From Elsinoe ampelina (taxonomy: Eukaryota), in assembly GCA_010093995.1 (NCBI GenBank), contig ML992533.1:1-54294 (forward strand): a stretch of 54,294 nt of DNA, in the 5' to 3' direction. Below, piece after piece: positions 43,453 to 54,294 of the stretch; the stretch's first letter is position 1; every line of letters starts with the position of its first letter. The notes below the pieces were generated by a model that was given only the letters and a program-made list of their open reading frames with translations, was not told the origin of the DNA and did not search any database. A program made the translations under genes and the position numbers.

Positions 43453-45801
43453 TCATGCTCTATCCTTCAAGATGTTTCGTGTTCTTTGTCGTTCCGCGGA
43501 GTCAAGCTTCCAGGCCGCATCTTCTTCGTCATCGTCTTTGACGGTCACAAGTGCATCCCATTCCTCGTCCTCCATGTTGAGGATTCGTAGCATCTCCAGC
43601 GTGCGAGCAAAGTGATCGCGCAAGCTGTACTTGCCACCTCGTACGGCTGCATCGATGATTCCATCCATGTCTCTCCCCATTTTGATCGCGCCGAGTGCAT
43701 TGACACGTCCGTACTGACTCCAGAGTCGCTTCTCCAGCATCTTTGCGAGATGCCGTACCGTGGCATGTTGAATACGCTCGAAGTTGTGCTCGGTTGTGAT
43801 ACGCCGGATCGGCTGCGAGAAAGCCATCCAGCCTCTCTCGAACCTTTGTGCTATGGACTCGACTTCTTCGTTCTCGTCCTCCCCATCCTCCTCCTCAGGT
43901 GCGTAATCTACCTCTCTGAAAGTCTCGATGAGGACCGGACGGAGTCGTGGCCGAAGGACCTGGCGGAGCAAGACTTCGACTGCCTCGGCTAGTAACTCAG
44001 ACGTCTTTGCCTCGAAGCTGGTGAGGATATTACGCACTTGAGTCTCGACAAAGATTCCATCGTTGCCGAACGGATATCTATCGCGAAGACTGGACTGCTG
44101 AGACTGCGGATCTGCCGACGGCTCCAATTGTCCCTCCACGATGCGCCGCACGTAATCTGTGGAGACGTCGAGATTGTTCATGAGCACGAGGAATGAGATG
44201 ATGAGAGTCTCCGGAGGGAGAGCACCCTGAATAGCTGCCTTGGGATAGCTCTCGTCTCGCATCTTACGCTGGATCATGCCATAGAAGTCTGAGCCGAGTA
44301 CACGACTGATCGAAGGTATGACGCTTGCAACGACAGACCTTTGCCAGGTACCCAGACTTCGTCTCAACACCTGACTCAAGATGTACATCACATCATCCAC
44401 TGCGGAGGTGATGAATGGAGGGCCAGATCCGAGAGGCTTGTTAGGATTCAGTGTCAGCTCAGCGGGCGATTCGTCCATCTGGAAAGCCTTCTCCACGGAC
44501 CGGCGAAAGAAGAACGTTGTCATTGCGTTGAATGGCTCGATAAGTAAATCCGTCGCCTTGCGCTGAAGAGAGCTGTTCGCCACCAAGGATGGTAAGATCA
44601 ATTCTTGAGCTTGGTCATCGTTGGACTGTAGCTTGTGGGCTAAGAAACGCGAGTACAATGCCCACTGTCCAAGCATCATGGTCATCTCGTTGAGTAGACT
44701 GTCGACTGCTTTCAGGTCGACACCTCCATCATCCTCACTCGCTCGACCGACGTTTCGATCGTGTACCGCAGGAGAGCTTGGGCGGAACGACGGCTGAGGC
44801 TTCTGTGCAGGCAGGAAGCTTTGCACAAGGAAAGTGAATGCATAAGATTTGACATCGGTCAGCTTTCGAGTCACTTGTCCCTCTTCAGACCAGGTATATA
44901 ATATCAGACCACCTTGAACGTCGGCCTCGACCTGCAACCGTTCCACCACTTTCTTCATCATTCCAGGTCCATAATGTCGGGTGACAAGCGGCTCGTGACC
45001 ATCCACAATCTGCGCGATGTGCTCGAAGAGTTTGGTGAGAGTACGGGCGTAGAACAATCCCTCCTTTTTCTGGTTGCTGTTGAGGTTGTTGCGAGCGCGC
45101 GATGAGACACCACCGCAGACGTATCGCCCATATGCGTCCAGTCCGACATCTTGTCTGCCAATGAGGGGGAAGAGCTTGAAGAAGCGAGTAACCTTTGCAT
45201 CGTCTCCTTCCTTTGTAGCTCTCTCGAACTCGCGGAGAAAGAGGACGCATAAGTTCTCAGCTGCATTGTCCAATGTGACCCTTGGAGTATCCGGTACTTC
45301 GGCGGTAGGCACAATCTCTTCGGCGAATGAACCATCAATGACGTCCTTGGGCACCTTGGAAGCTCGATCGAGATATTTGGCGGCCAGTTCCCAATCTTGC
45401 GTGCCCTCCATAGCACCATGTACTCCAAGTACGCATGCTTTGAGCTCGGCCACCTGTTCTACCACCTGCAGTGTCGACTTCACGGCGGCTTGTTCATTGT
45501 CTAGTCTCTTGACGGCTCCGGATATGCGAACGGCAGTCGAAGCGGCCGATGAGAGCATGCCATTGCTGATTGAGCGAACGGCGGTGACCTGTGGACCAAG
45601 CTGTGCGCGGGCAATGTCGAGACGGGCGAGTTGTCTTGCAAGATCCTTCTGTGAGGCCACGAGTTCGTCGAGCTTCAAAGTTACTGATTTTTCCTGTCGA
45701 CCAAGCTCGTCCAGAGCTGCCTGTATCTGTGCAGTGGTTGTGGCATTGTAAATTGATTTCCGAGACGCTTTCTCGCCATTGATGTTTCCATTGGTGATCA
45801 T
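43453..45801 (-). CDS. COG4: Conserved oligomeric Golgi complex subunit 4
   Basis: Coiled-coil N-terminus, VTRFFKLFPLIG, LTKLFEHIAQIVDGH, LQVEADVQGG, RRSVEKAFQMDE, TSAVDDVMYI. Confidence 0.88.
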   Translation of the reverse strand: MITNGNINGEKASRKSIYNATTTAQIQAALDELGRQEKSVTLKLDELVASQKDLARQLARLDIARAQLGPQVTAVRSISNGMLSSAASTAVRISGAVKRLDNEQAAVKSTLQVVEQVAELKACVLGVHGAMEGTQDWELAAKYLDRASKVPKDVIDGSFAEEIVPTAEVPDTPRVTLDNAAENLCVLFLREFERATKEGDDAKVTRFFKLFPLIGRQDVGLDAYGRYVCGGVSSRARNNLNSNQKKEGLFYARTLTKLFEHIAQIVDGHEPLVTRHYGPGMMKKVVERLQVEADVQGGLILYTWSEEGQVTRKLTDVKSYAFTFLVQSFLPAQKPQPSFRPSSPAVHDRNVGRASEDDGGVDLKAVDSLLNEMTMMLGQWALYSRFLAHKLQSNDDQAQELILPSLVANSSLQRKATDLLIEPFNAMTTFFFRRSVEKAFQMDESPAELTLNPNKPLGSGPPFITSAVDDVMYILSQVLRRSLGTWQRSVVASVIPSISRVLGSDFYGMIQRKMRDESYPKAAIQGALPPETLIISFLVLMNNLDVSTDYVRRIVEGQLEPSADPQSQQSSLRDRYPFGNDGIFVETQVRNILTSFEAKTSELLAEAVEVLLRQVLRPRLRPVLIETFREVDYAPEEEDGEDENEEVESIAQRFERGWMAFSQPIRRITTEHNFERIQHATVRHLAKMLEKRLWSQYGRVNALGAIKMGRDMDGIIDAAVRGGKYSLRDHFARTLEMLRILNMEDEEWDALVTVKDDDEEDAAWKLDSAERQRTRNILKDRA

Positions 45802-45998
45802 GACCAGAACATCGAGGTGATGTTTGAGGGAGAAGATGCCACGTGCGAGGTCGCGAAGCACTGAGCTTCCACGCGGAGAAGTGGGGCGTTTGTTGTATGC
45901 ATCAGATTATCATTCACTTCTTCTTCATTGCTATGATGTATACAGAAACACCTTCCAGGTCGCGGGACAAGCGTTTTGCACCAAGGTATTCGATCTAC

Positions 45999-47093
45999 CT
46001 ATGCTCCAGACGGAGGAGCGACTACTGCGGCCACTTGGTCGTCCGATACGTCTTTTCCTAACAACCAGCCAATGCCCTTGATCGTGTCCACATTGGCTCT
46101 CTTGGATAGTCCAAGGTTTGGCAGATATGAAAAGTGAGCATGCGGAACACCAGGATAAACATCTAATCTCGTCTTGACCCCGCTCTCACGTAGAACAGCC
46201 TCGTATATCAGGCCATCGTCTCGCAGCGGGTCCATTCCACAGACCTGGACGTAGGTGGGTGGCTGTCCCTCGAAGGCACCAGGGGTGTTGAAGGGTGACC
46301 ATGCTGGGGACTTTTGATCTGCTTCGAGGTAACCGTCCACCTTGTTGATGGCCTCGATGTTGAACACAGGCGCATCAGCATTCTGCTTCCGCGAGAAGAA
46401 GAGATGCTTGTACTTCTCTGGCACTGTCTCATCCGACAGGAGCACCGGGATCGATGTCCACAGACCAGTCAGTGGTGCTGCCAGACCTTCGTCGCGTGCT
46501 TTCTGGGCCGTGACGGCAGTGAGGTTGCCACCTGCAGACACTCCCCCCAGGATGAAGCCGGCAGAAGGGTCGGCGCCGATGCTGGAAGCATTCTTCGCGA
46601 GCCATGAGACACTGTCCCAAGTGTCATTGATCTGGGTGGGAAACTTGGATTCCGGTGCAAGTCGATAGCTCAGGGTGACAGCTGTTGCGCCATAAAGAGC
46701 AGCTACCGCTCTGGCGTAAGGGCCGAGCTGGAGATTACTACCAACTATGAAACCACCACCGTAGATCAGTACTATCAATGGGCTTTTAGCTGGCGGACTC
46801 GCAGGCTTATGGATCCTTATCTCGCTCTCGAAGCCATCCCTCATAGTAATGTTCATGGTCGACTCCAGCTTGGCTTGTTCGGCGGTTGCCATCCTCGAGG
46901 CCTCCATTTGCTTTCGCATAGCCCGAAATCCCTGAAGGTCTGACCAGTCGTTTTTAGTGGGGGGGTTGGCCTTGAGAACCTACCATAATGTCAGACATGA
47001 TATGATATCTGAAAGCAGCATGACGACCTGCTCAAGCTCGGGATTGATCTTCCCCAATTCGGCTACGACATCAGGATTGCTGTAGTCCGGCAT
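45999..47093 (-). CDS. HSL-family (alpha/beta hydrolase) lipase/esterase; intron 46980-47027
   Basis: YGGGF oxyanion motif, YRLAPE, GVSAGG nucleophile, DPLRDD, YPGVPHAH. Confidence 0.9.
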
Positions 47094-47560
47094 GTTAAAA
47101 TAGCTCCTGGTTGCTGAGAACTTTCAAGCAGATGCAATTTCCTGACGACTGCAAGGTGTAACAGTTCTTTGTCTGGTAATCGCTCAGAGTACTCAAGGCC
47201 CGTAAGAATCCCTCGCGTTTCCCCTCATCGCGCCCGAGGTCCTCCACACCGAGATCGGCTTCCCTCATTCGGCAGGAGGTCTTGTTCCAATGGGAGTCAC
47301 ACGCCATGCTCTCACTCGCACTCGGAGTAACGCCACGCCCTCCAGTCGTGACGGGCTGCCCGACTACTCCGAACAGACATCTTATTTTGTAGGGCGGCAA
47401 GCACAATGAGTAATTGCGTGAACGCTGGTCAGTGCGGCTCCTCAGGACCTCAGCACGCAGATATAGAGTCACAAGTAGGATATTTCCTTGCTGACCCACG
47501 TCAGTCACCACCCTCCTGTCTCTTGATCAGGAACCTGAAAAGCACATTTCCACTACCAAC

Positions 47561-48337
47561 ATGAGCACAACCGGCATCTTCGGCGGCGGCGCCCGCGTAG
47601 ACTCACCCGGCATCACACCCAAACCCCTCGCCCCGGACGCCACCCTCATCCTCGTGGACCTCGATGATCCCAAGCAAGCAGCCATCATGCTCGCGCAGCG
47701 CAAAATCTGTGGCTGGGGCGCCGACAACATCCGCGTCTGGCACAAGTATATCAAGTCGGGGGAGAGAGCCATGTTCTGGATTGCACTACCTTCGTCTTCT
47801 GCAGCTGCGACAAGTGTCCCACGTAGCGATGCCTTGGACTGCATCCCCTCCTCGAAAGATGGCAAGGAAGACCAGTTCCTGCTCGTAGGCCACACTGCTT
47901 TGGATTGGATCGACCTGCCAGTGGAGGACCACTTCCAAGTCGACGATACCCTGACGGCCGAGGACGGGTCGGTTCTAACAATATCCTCGTTATGCATCAT
48001 GCCAGAGTTCAAAGCGTATGGGCTGGGGACATGGTCGATGCAGAAGCTGGAGGAGATGGCGCAGCAGAAGCCGTATGGTAGTCCGAATTGCAGGGCGATT
48101 GCCGTCAACACGCTCTCCGATCGGCATGTCAAGGGCGGCATTCCGGGCCCTGAAGGGTTGGACATGTTCCCGAACCTTGGCATACCCATCCCGGATCGGA
48201 GCAATGTTGGGTGGTTCGAGAAGATGGGATACGTAAGATACAAGGAGGAAAAGCGGTATGAGGCAAAGGGCATTAACGGAAACACGGTGTACATATGGGC
48301 CGTGTTCTTAAGAAAGGAACTTCCGCCAAAGCAATGA
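47561..48337 (+). CDS. Putative GNAT-family acetyltransferase
   Basis: ISSLCIMPEFKAYGLG acetyl-CoA motif-like segment and NVGWFEKMGY motif B-like segment. Confidence 0.7.
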   Translation: MSTTGIFGGGARVDSPGITPKPLAPDATLILVDLDDPKQAAIMLAQRKICGWGADNIRVWHKYIKSGERAMFWIALPSSSAAATSVPRSDALDCIPSSKDGKEDQFLLVGHTALDWIDLPVEDHFQVDDTLTAEDGSVLTISSLCIMPEFKAYGLGTWSMQKLEEMAQQKPYGSPNCRAIAVNTLSDRHVKGGIPGPEGLDMFPNLGIPIPDRSNVGWFEKMGYVRYKEEKRYEAKGINGNTVYIWAVFLRKELPPKQ

Positions 48338-48395
48338 AAGGGGTATCATACAGCGTCGCTCGTAATATGTACAGAATGTGATGGAAAGACATGAC

Positions 48396-51300
48396 TTATG
48401 CAGCCGCCTGAACCGTCTTGTAGCCTTCGCCGACAAGCTTCGTAATCTCCTCGTCCTTGTGCTGGAGTAACCCGAGAGCGTAGGCGACATCATTCCATTG
48501 CCTTTCGTTCTCGACCCTTTGCAGTCTGGCGGCGAGCTTATTGGCAAGTTGCTTAGCATGCTTGTCCTGCCGTGCGTTAGTGCTGACATGATCAGCTTGG
48601 AGATACAGCTTACCTTCTCGATAAATGCACTGAGGAACTTGATGATCTTCTTGAACTGCTCTTCCTCCAATGTCTGGTCTGCAGAGAGCAGGCTGAACAT
48701 ATCGACAAAGTGGTTGTACACCGCGTTGTCCTTGCCTGCCAGTTCACCAAAGAACATCCTGCTCATCTCCCGGATCCTGTCATCCTCATCCTCAACACAC
48801 TTGGCCATCTCACCGAGTTGACCCTTGACCTTGACTTGACCAGCCAGAATGAGGAAAGTCAGAGTCATCAAGCATGTCCTTTTCACAGATAGCGATGAAT
48901 CGGAGAGCCTACGGTAGAGATAGTCGGTGTTCTCATCGATCAGATGATTGAAGCATACAGCCATGTCGCCGAGTGCCACTACCAGGTTGCTCCTGGCGGT
49001 GGCGTCGTGACTGCGCTCCAGGATGGTGATGAGGAGGGCCAGGTTCTGTTCGCAATACTCGGCACTGACGCACATGAGCTTCGCCATGCAGAGAGCTGCC
49101 TGTGATTGTAGGTCACGGTTGGGGTAGGACGTGTTGTTGGCGCATATCTCTCGTACCAGGGGTCCAAAGCTGGAAAGCAGGGACTGTTGTCCGTAGAGTA
49201 GCTCCCGCTCTCGGACATGCAAGATCGCTTCTGTGAAGTCGTCCTCGTTCGTCCCACCAATCAAATCCATCTCGTCTTGTTCTTCCTCTTTGTGCTCAGA
49301 TGCATCCTTGCCCTTCTTCCCTCCCTTCTTGACCGGCGACGCAGAGACCGCGGACTTTGGTGAGGTTTTCTCCTTTTCTGCTTTTCGCCGCTTGAAGTCC
49401 TGCTCGCAAAGCTCCAGGTGTACAATCTGCTTGATCGCGGCATGTCCTACAGTGAACAAAAGCTGTGACAGCCCTACCGTGGATTCATCCTGAGGTTTCT
49501 CTGTCTGATGCGGCTCGGGCTGGTCAGACTCATGCTCAACCTCGTCGACGTCCATCATGTCGACATCCATATCATCGGCGTCTGGAATCTGTGGGCTATG
49601 CTGCTGTGCTGGTGAAGTAGATGTCGAGCTGAACACTGCCCTTGTCTTGACCTTGATTATGTCGGAGCAGAGAATGTCGGGGTGCTTTGATAGGCTGTAG
49701 ATTGCGCTGATGGCCTGCTCTGCCAGACCGTACCAGTCCTTGCTCGAGGATGGTACTTGGGTAATGGCTGCAAGCCGTTGCAGAACGGCGTGGTCATTAT
49801 CAAGCCTTGTGCTGGGCGTCGCGGCGGCTCCTTTGGTCTGCTTTGTGGCGTTCATCCTTGTAAGCGCGATACACGTATATCGAGCCAGGCTCAGGTCAGA
49901 TCGTCCGAGTCCACCAAGACCGATTCGCAAGCAGGTCTCCATCTCTTTGACAATAATTTCCGGGTCCGCAAGCGCAAGCATGCCCAGCACGATGATGGCA
50001 CCTCGCCGCTGGGTCTTCGATATCTCCTTCTTCTGCACACCATAGACTTGCCAGAGCTTCTGAACTACAGTCTCGCTGATCATGTCGCTCTTCATCATGG
50101 TGCTCAGCAATTGCTCCAGGCTGGTGAGTTCAGCTGATGTTGCACCGAAGGTCAAGCTAATCATATTGCGGGCGACGTAGTTAGCGGCATCATTGACAGA
50201 GAAGTGGTCCGGAGCGTCGAAGAAGAGTCCTTTGTAAGATTCGATGAGGTGCGTCTGGACACCCTTGCCCTCATCGCTGTTGCCTTTGGTCCAGATCAGC
50301 CGAAGCATGCGGCGGATCCCAGCTCGCGCAGTTTCGATCTTGTAAGCGTCCGCGATGACGAAGAAATCCATAGCCTCAATGACTTCCGACTTGTTCTTGG
50401 AGCCGAGAAGTTGAATAGCGATGGGAGATGCTTCGTGAACCACCTCGATGAATTTCAGGGCTTCCACGTAGTATCGCCTCGTCAGGTTCAGCTTGTTCAT
50501 CATCTCTGCAGTGGCTGCCTCTTCAGCGGCCTTCTTAAATGCAGCCTCCTTCGCTTCTTCAGACATGGGCGCTGATTCCTTCATGGGTGATGCTTGCGTG
50601 GCGTCGTCAAGGAGATCTTCATCAATGGTACCCTCTTCCTTCTTGGCCAATCCTGGCGAGCCTGGAGGAGGCTTCACAGCATCGATCTCCGCCTCACAAG
50701 CCTCCAATCGGGCTGCCCATTCCGAATGTGAGAGCTGGCCACCGTGCAGTACAGCGAAAGGATGTGTCGAGATTAGCTTACCAAGAAGCTTGACAGCATT
50801 GCGTCGGACATTACTGCTCTTGTCTTCCAGACTGCGGGCAGCGAGCTCAGCAGCAGTCTGACGGCGTTTTGGATATTTCGTCTCCAGATCGCACAGCTTG
50901 ATATATACCTGAATGGCGCGGCATCGGCAGTACGGATTGATATCGAGGAATCGCTCCTCCAGCACGTCGAAGAATGCATTCATCTGACCTTTGTGGTTCT
51001 CATTTCGTTCTTCATTCTCTTGCTTGCTAAGCATTGCGATGAGATTGCCACAGACCTCGATGATGGCGCAGCGCAGGGTGTAGGATTCGGAGTCCAGCAA
51101 CTTGGCGAGAAGCATGACTTGTTTGATGACCAGGCGAGGCGCCAATTCTGATAACTTGGCAATGAATGTAGATGCTGATTTGGGGCCCTTGAGATCGTTG
51201 TTATTGAACTCCTTGTTGCTAAGTTCCTTGAGGACCTCTTCAGCGAGTTGGGGATAATCGTACTGGTCCGCGAGGATGTTGAGAAATTCAGCCATAGGCT

Positions 51301-52149
51301 CCGACAAGTGCTCAAAGTATGAGAGACATTGGTCGATAGAAGTCTGAGCACCGGCTGCGTGACCATGATGCTTTACAGCAATACAGAGGACGCGGAATGA
51401 GTGCATCCTGATCGCCGTATTCTTTACTCTTGACTCGTTCTCGAGAAGCAGATACACTGGCCGAGTGAAGAGGCTGATGAAGGTATCTCGTTCCGAGGTC
51501 GCCACGAAGATTCGAGCCAGCTTCAACCTCATCACCTTCACCATAGCTTCGAAAGCAGCCTGAATCTGTGAAGAGGGATCCCATGCAGCATCCTTGAGGT
51601 TGGCTTTTGACTTTGTGCCTTTGAGGCCCTTCCGTACGACTGGTGCGCTCGACTTCTCCTGGGTTGATTTCGCGTCGATGGCAGAGAGTGCCCACTGCAG
51701 CAGGAAGCCGTACATTTCCAACACCCGCTTTTGCTGCATGACCGCATCCTGCTCTTCCGACTCGATGTCATTGTGTACGACGTCCGCTTCGGCCACAATA
51801 CCAGAAACAAGCAGATCCAGGAGCTTGCTGAGCGAGGTAGCAGGGATTGACGGTGAATGCCTGGCGCGATCAGCAAATGCAAGCAAAATGTACCGACAGC
51901 TTTGGTTGCTCACTTCAGGAGGAATTGCAGAGAGTCGAATATGCTGGATCTGACTATGGCGTCTGGAGATTCTGCCACGGCGTCGACGATAGGATTGAGT
52001 ACTCCATTGACGACACTGCTGGTGAGGGTATCTGGGTCGTGTTCGCAATCGAAGAGCGCGCCATCTGCGTCTGCCGTCGTGATCGTGAACGGGTCGTCTT
52101 TGTATATTTTGAGCGCATGATTGATATTGAATTCCACCAGCGATTCCAT
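48396..52149 (-). CDS. YCS4: Condensin complex subunit 1 (Cnd1/Ycs4/CAP-D2); introns 51861-51913, 48567-48613
   Basis: HEAT-repeat protein with ERFLDINPYCR, LEDKSSNVRRNA, IRRMLRLIW, LMCVSAEYCE, RSNLVVALGD, LILAGQVKVKGQ. Confidence 0.93.
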
Positions 52150-52451
52150 ATCTGCGAACTTGAGCAATGCGCCGCTCTTCTGTTCGCTGTGGTGGTGTAA
52201 AAGAAATGTGAAGGGGATGTGTTTACTTTGCGCACGCTTTGTTGTGACGACAGCTCCGGCGTTCCCGACTAAACTCCGCACAACCAATGAGAAGCCGTGC
52301 ATGGAAATCGAACACGTGATTCGCGCCTTCCCCACGCGATTCACGATTGCTCCGACGCGACCGTTGCATACAAACATTCTTGTCCGAGACATGCAGCTCT
52401 TTCAATAACCTCTGGCTTCATAGCTCTTGCTTGACACCTCTCTGGATTAAC

Positions 52452-53866
52452 ATGGCTTCCGTCAAGCGGCAACGCATTGCTGTCGAGCACCTACACGTTC
52501 ACGAGGACCACGTCTACAATGTCAACAGCGAAGAGGATACCGAAGATGCGATGGATGAGAGTAGAGATCCGCTCGAGGAGAGTGGAGGTACAAGAGACGA
52601 TTCTAGCGAGGAGGAGCTCGAGGACGCCGTTGCGTTGGACATTCAGAATTTCGAGCAAACGTTCAAGGATATCAACAAGCGGTATCGCCTCATCAACAGA
52701 ATAGGAGAAGGTAGTACATGGTTGTTGGCCTTTCCAGATCCTCTCTGACATGCGCAGGCACCTTTTCGACCGTGTACAAAGCCGAGGATCTATTATATGA
52801 CAGTTACGAAAACGCTTGGGACATCGAAGAGAAGGAGAATGCACTTTCCGGGAAGAGGTCTAGAGAAAGGAGACCACGATTTGTTGCGATCAAGAAGATC
52901 TACGTCACGTCATCCCCAATACGTATACTCAACGAGCTGGAGCTTCTTCACGATCTACAGAAGTCCGCCAACGTTAGTCCATTAATTACGGCCTTTCGGC
53001 ATGCCGACCAGGTAGTCGCGATTCTTCCATATTTCCAGCACAAGGACTTCAGGGAGTACTTTCGGGACATGACCATCGCAGAGATGCGAATCTACTTTCA
53101 CTCTCTCTTTGTCGCCGTGGAGGCTGTACATGAAGAGCACATTGTACATCGCGACATCAAGCCGACCAACTTCCTCTATTCACCAGCAAAGAGGCGAGGC
53201 GTGCTTGTCGACTTTGGGCTCGCAGAGAGAGAAGGTACAGATTGGACACGATGTCATTGCAATTTCAGCCAAGAGGAACGCCGTGCGCAGGTCACCAGCT
53301 CGATATACTACAAACGGCGAGGTGGAGCAGCTCTGCCTGCTGTCCCGACATACCCCAAAGAAGATAACCGACATTCGAGGCGGGCGAACAGGGCAGGGAC
53401 CAGAGGATTCCGTGCACCCGAGGTGCTGGTGAAGTGCACAACGCAAACATCCAAGATCGACATCTGGTCTTGTGGTGTCATTCTCCTTACCTTGTTGACC
53501 AGACGATTTCCATTCTTCCATTCAGCTGACGATATCGACGCCTTCATCGAGTTGGCCACGATCTATGGAAGGAAAGCAATGGCCGGTACCGCCCTTCTCC
53601 ATGGCCAGGTTCTCCAAACCAATATTCCTTCGATAAGCGAGACCGGTCACACATGGGAAAAGGTCATCGGTTGGTGTCTCAATCGGAGAAAGGACTACGT
53701 CATCACCGAGGAAGAGAACGAGGCCATCGACTTCATGGACTTGTGCTTGCAGCTCAATCCTGATCGGCGATTCACAGCGACCGAGGCCTTGCAGCACCCC
53801 TTCATCCTGAAGCGGGAGGTTGACGGTGTGCCAAAAGATGGCAGCGATGCGATGTACCTTGATTAA
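52452..53866 (+). CDS. CDC7: Cell division control protein 7 (DDK catalytic kinase); intron 52711-52757
   Basis: IGEGTFSTVYKA, VAIKKIYVTSSP.RI.NEL, HRDIKPTNF, LVDFGLAE, RANRAGTRGFRAPEV. Confidence 0.95.
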
Positions 53867-54294
53867 CCTTTACGGATGAAAGATGCTTGGTTAGCGTGGC
53901 GTTTGTGGAGATCTATGTATGGCATATCAAGAGAAGTAGTAATCTACTAATGAAGTGCTGGGCATCAGCTTACCAGTGTTGATCTCGCCGTCCTCGGGAC
54001 ACGGGGCCAATCCAGTCATAGGAATGAGTCGCATGTGCTTGCTGTTAGGGAGCAACGTGCGGAAGCGCCATGCTCTGTATGAAAATATCAGAACAACTGT
54101 TGCATGACTGATGGGTCGCAGATTGACGCGGGTGGTCCGCGGATGGCGGGAAACCCTGCAGAATAATAGACATGATATAAATTTGTTTAGTGCCATTTGA
54201 CAGATACGGCCACAGACAGTTGAAAGCAAGGCATCCCGTCAGATCTGCCATATTTAAGCAACTGATCGCCTGATTAGTAATGCGGTGGGTGACC

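Noticed and set aside
12312..53797. Many long antisense or alternate-frame ORFs in the ORF track (e.g. 12401-13231, 16191-16931, 29471-30241, 45074-45751)
   Set aside because: Shadows of real genes caused by GC-rich codon bias; no independent motifs.
53870..54294. Short ORFs at the window end
   Set aside because: No coding signal; looks like 3' UTR/intergenic sequence.

Overview
Fungal (filamentous ascomycete-type, inferred from short GT-AG introns with CTRAC-like branch sites, gene content and RIP signature) nuclear DNA. Bases ~1-7420 are a heavily RIP-mutated (CpA/TpG->TpA) repeat block dominated by a minus-strand Ty3/Gypsy chromovirus (gag-protease-RT-RNaseH-integrase-chromodomain in one reading frame). 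Directly downstream of pol, on the opposite strand, sits a RIP-degraded ~235-codon extra ORF with a histone-H1-like K/P/A-rich N-terminus. The repeat block stops ~115 bp before an intron-containing tRNA-Val(TAC). Next comes a spliced, probably secreted Cys-rich repeat protein that the ORF track misses. The rest is a dense run of ordinary single-copy genes: HOM2, a type I membrane protein, THR4, PQ-loop, BNA6, GPI-type aspartic protease, an orphan low-complexity protein, YEN1/GEN1-like nuclease, NECAP, SHE9, HAD phosphatase, AhpD-like PTS1 protein, SCOT, SLX9-like, GT71, MFS, LITAF, RMT2, hydrolase/NTF2-like, SIRT2/HST2-like, COG4, HSL esterase, GNAT, CND1/YCS4 and CDC7. Exon boundaries were read by eye and gene names come from motif recognition, not database searches.
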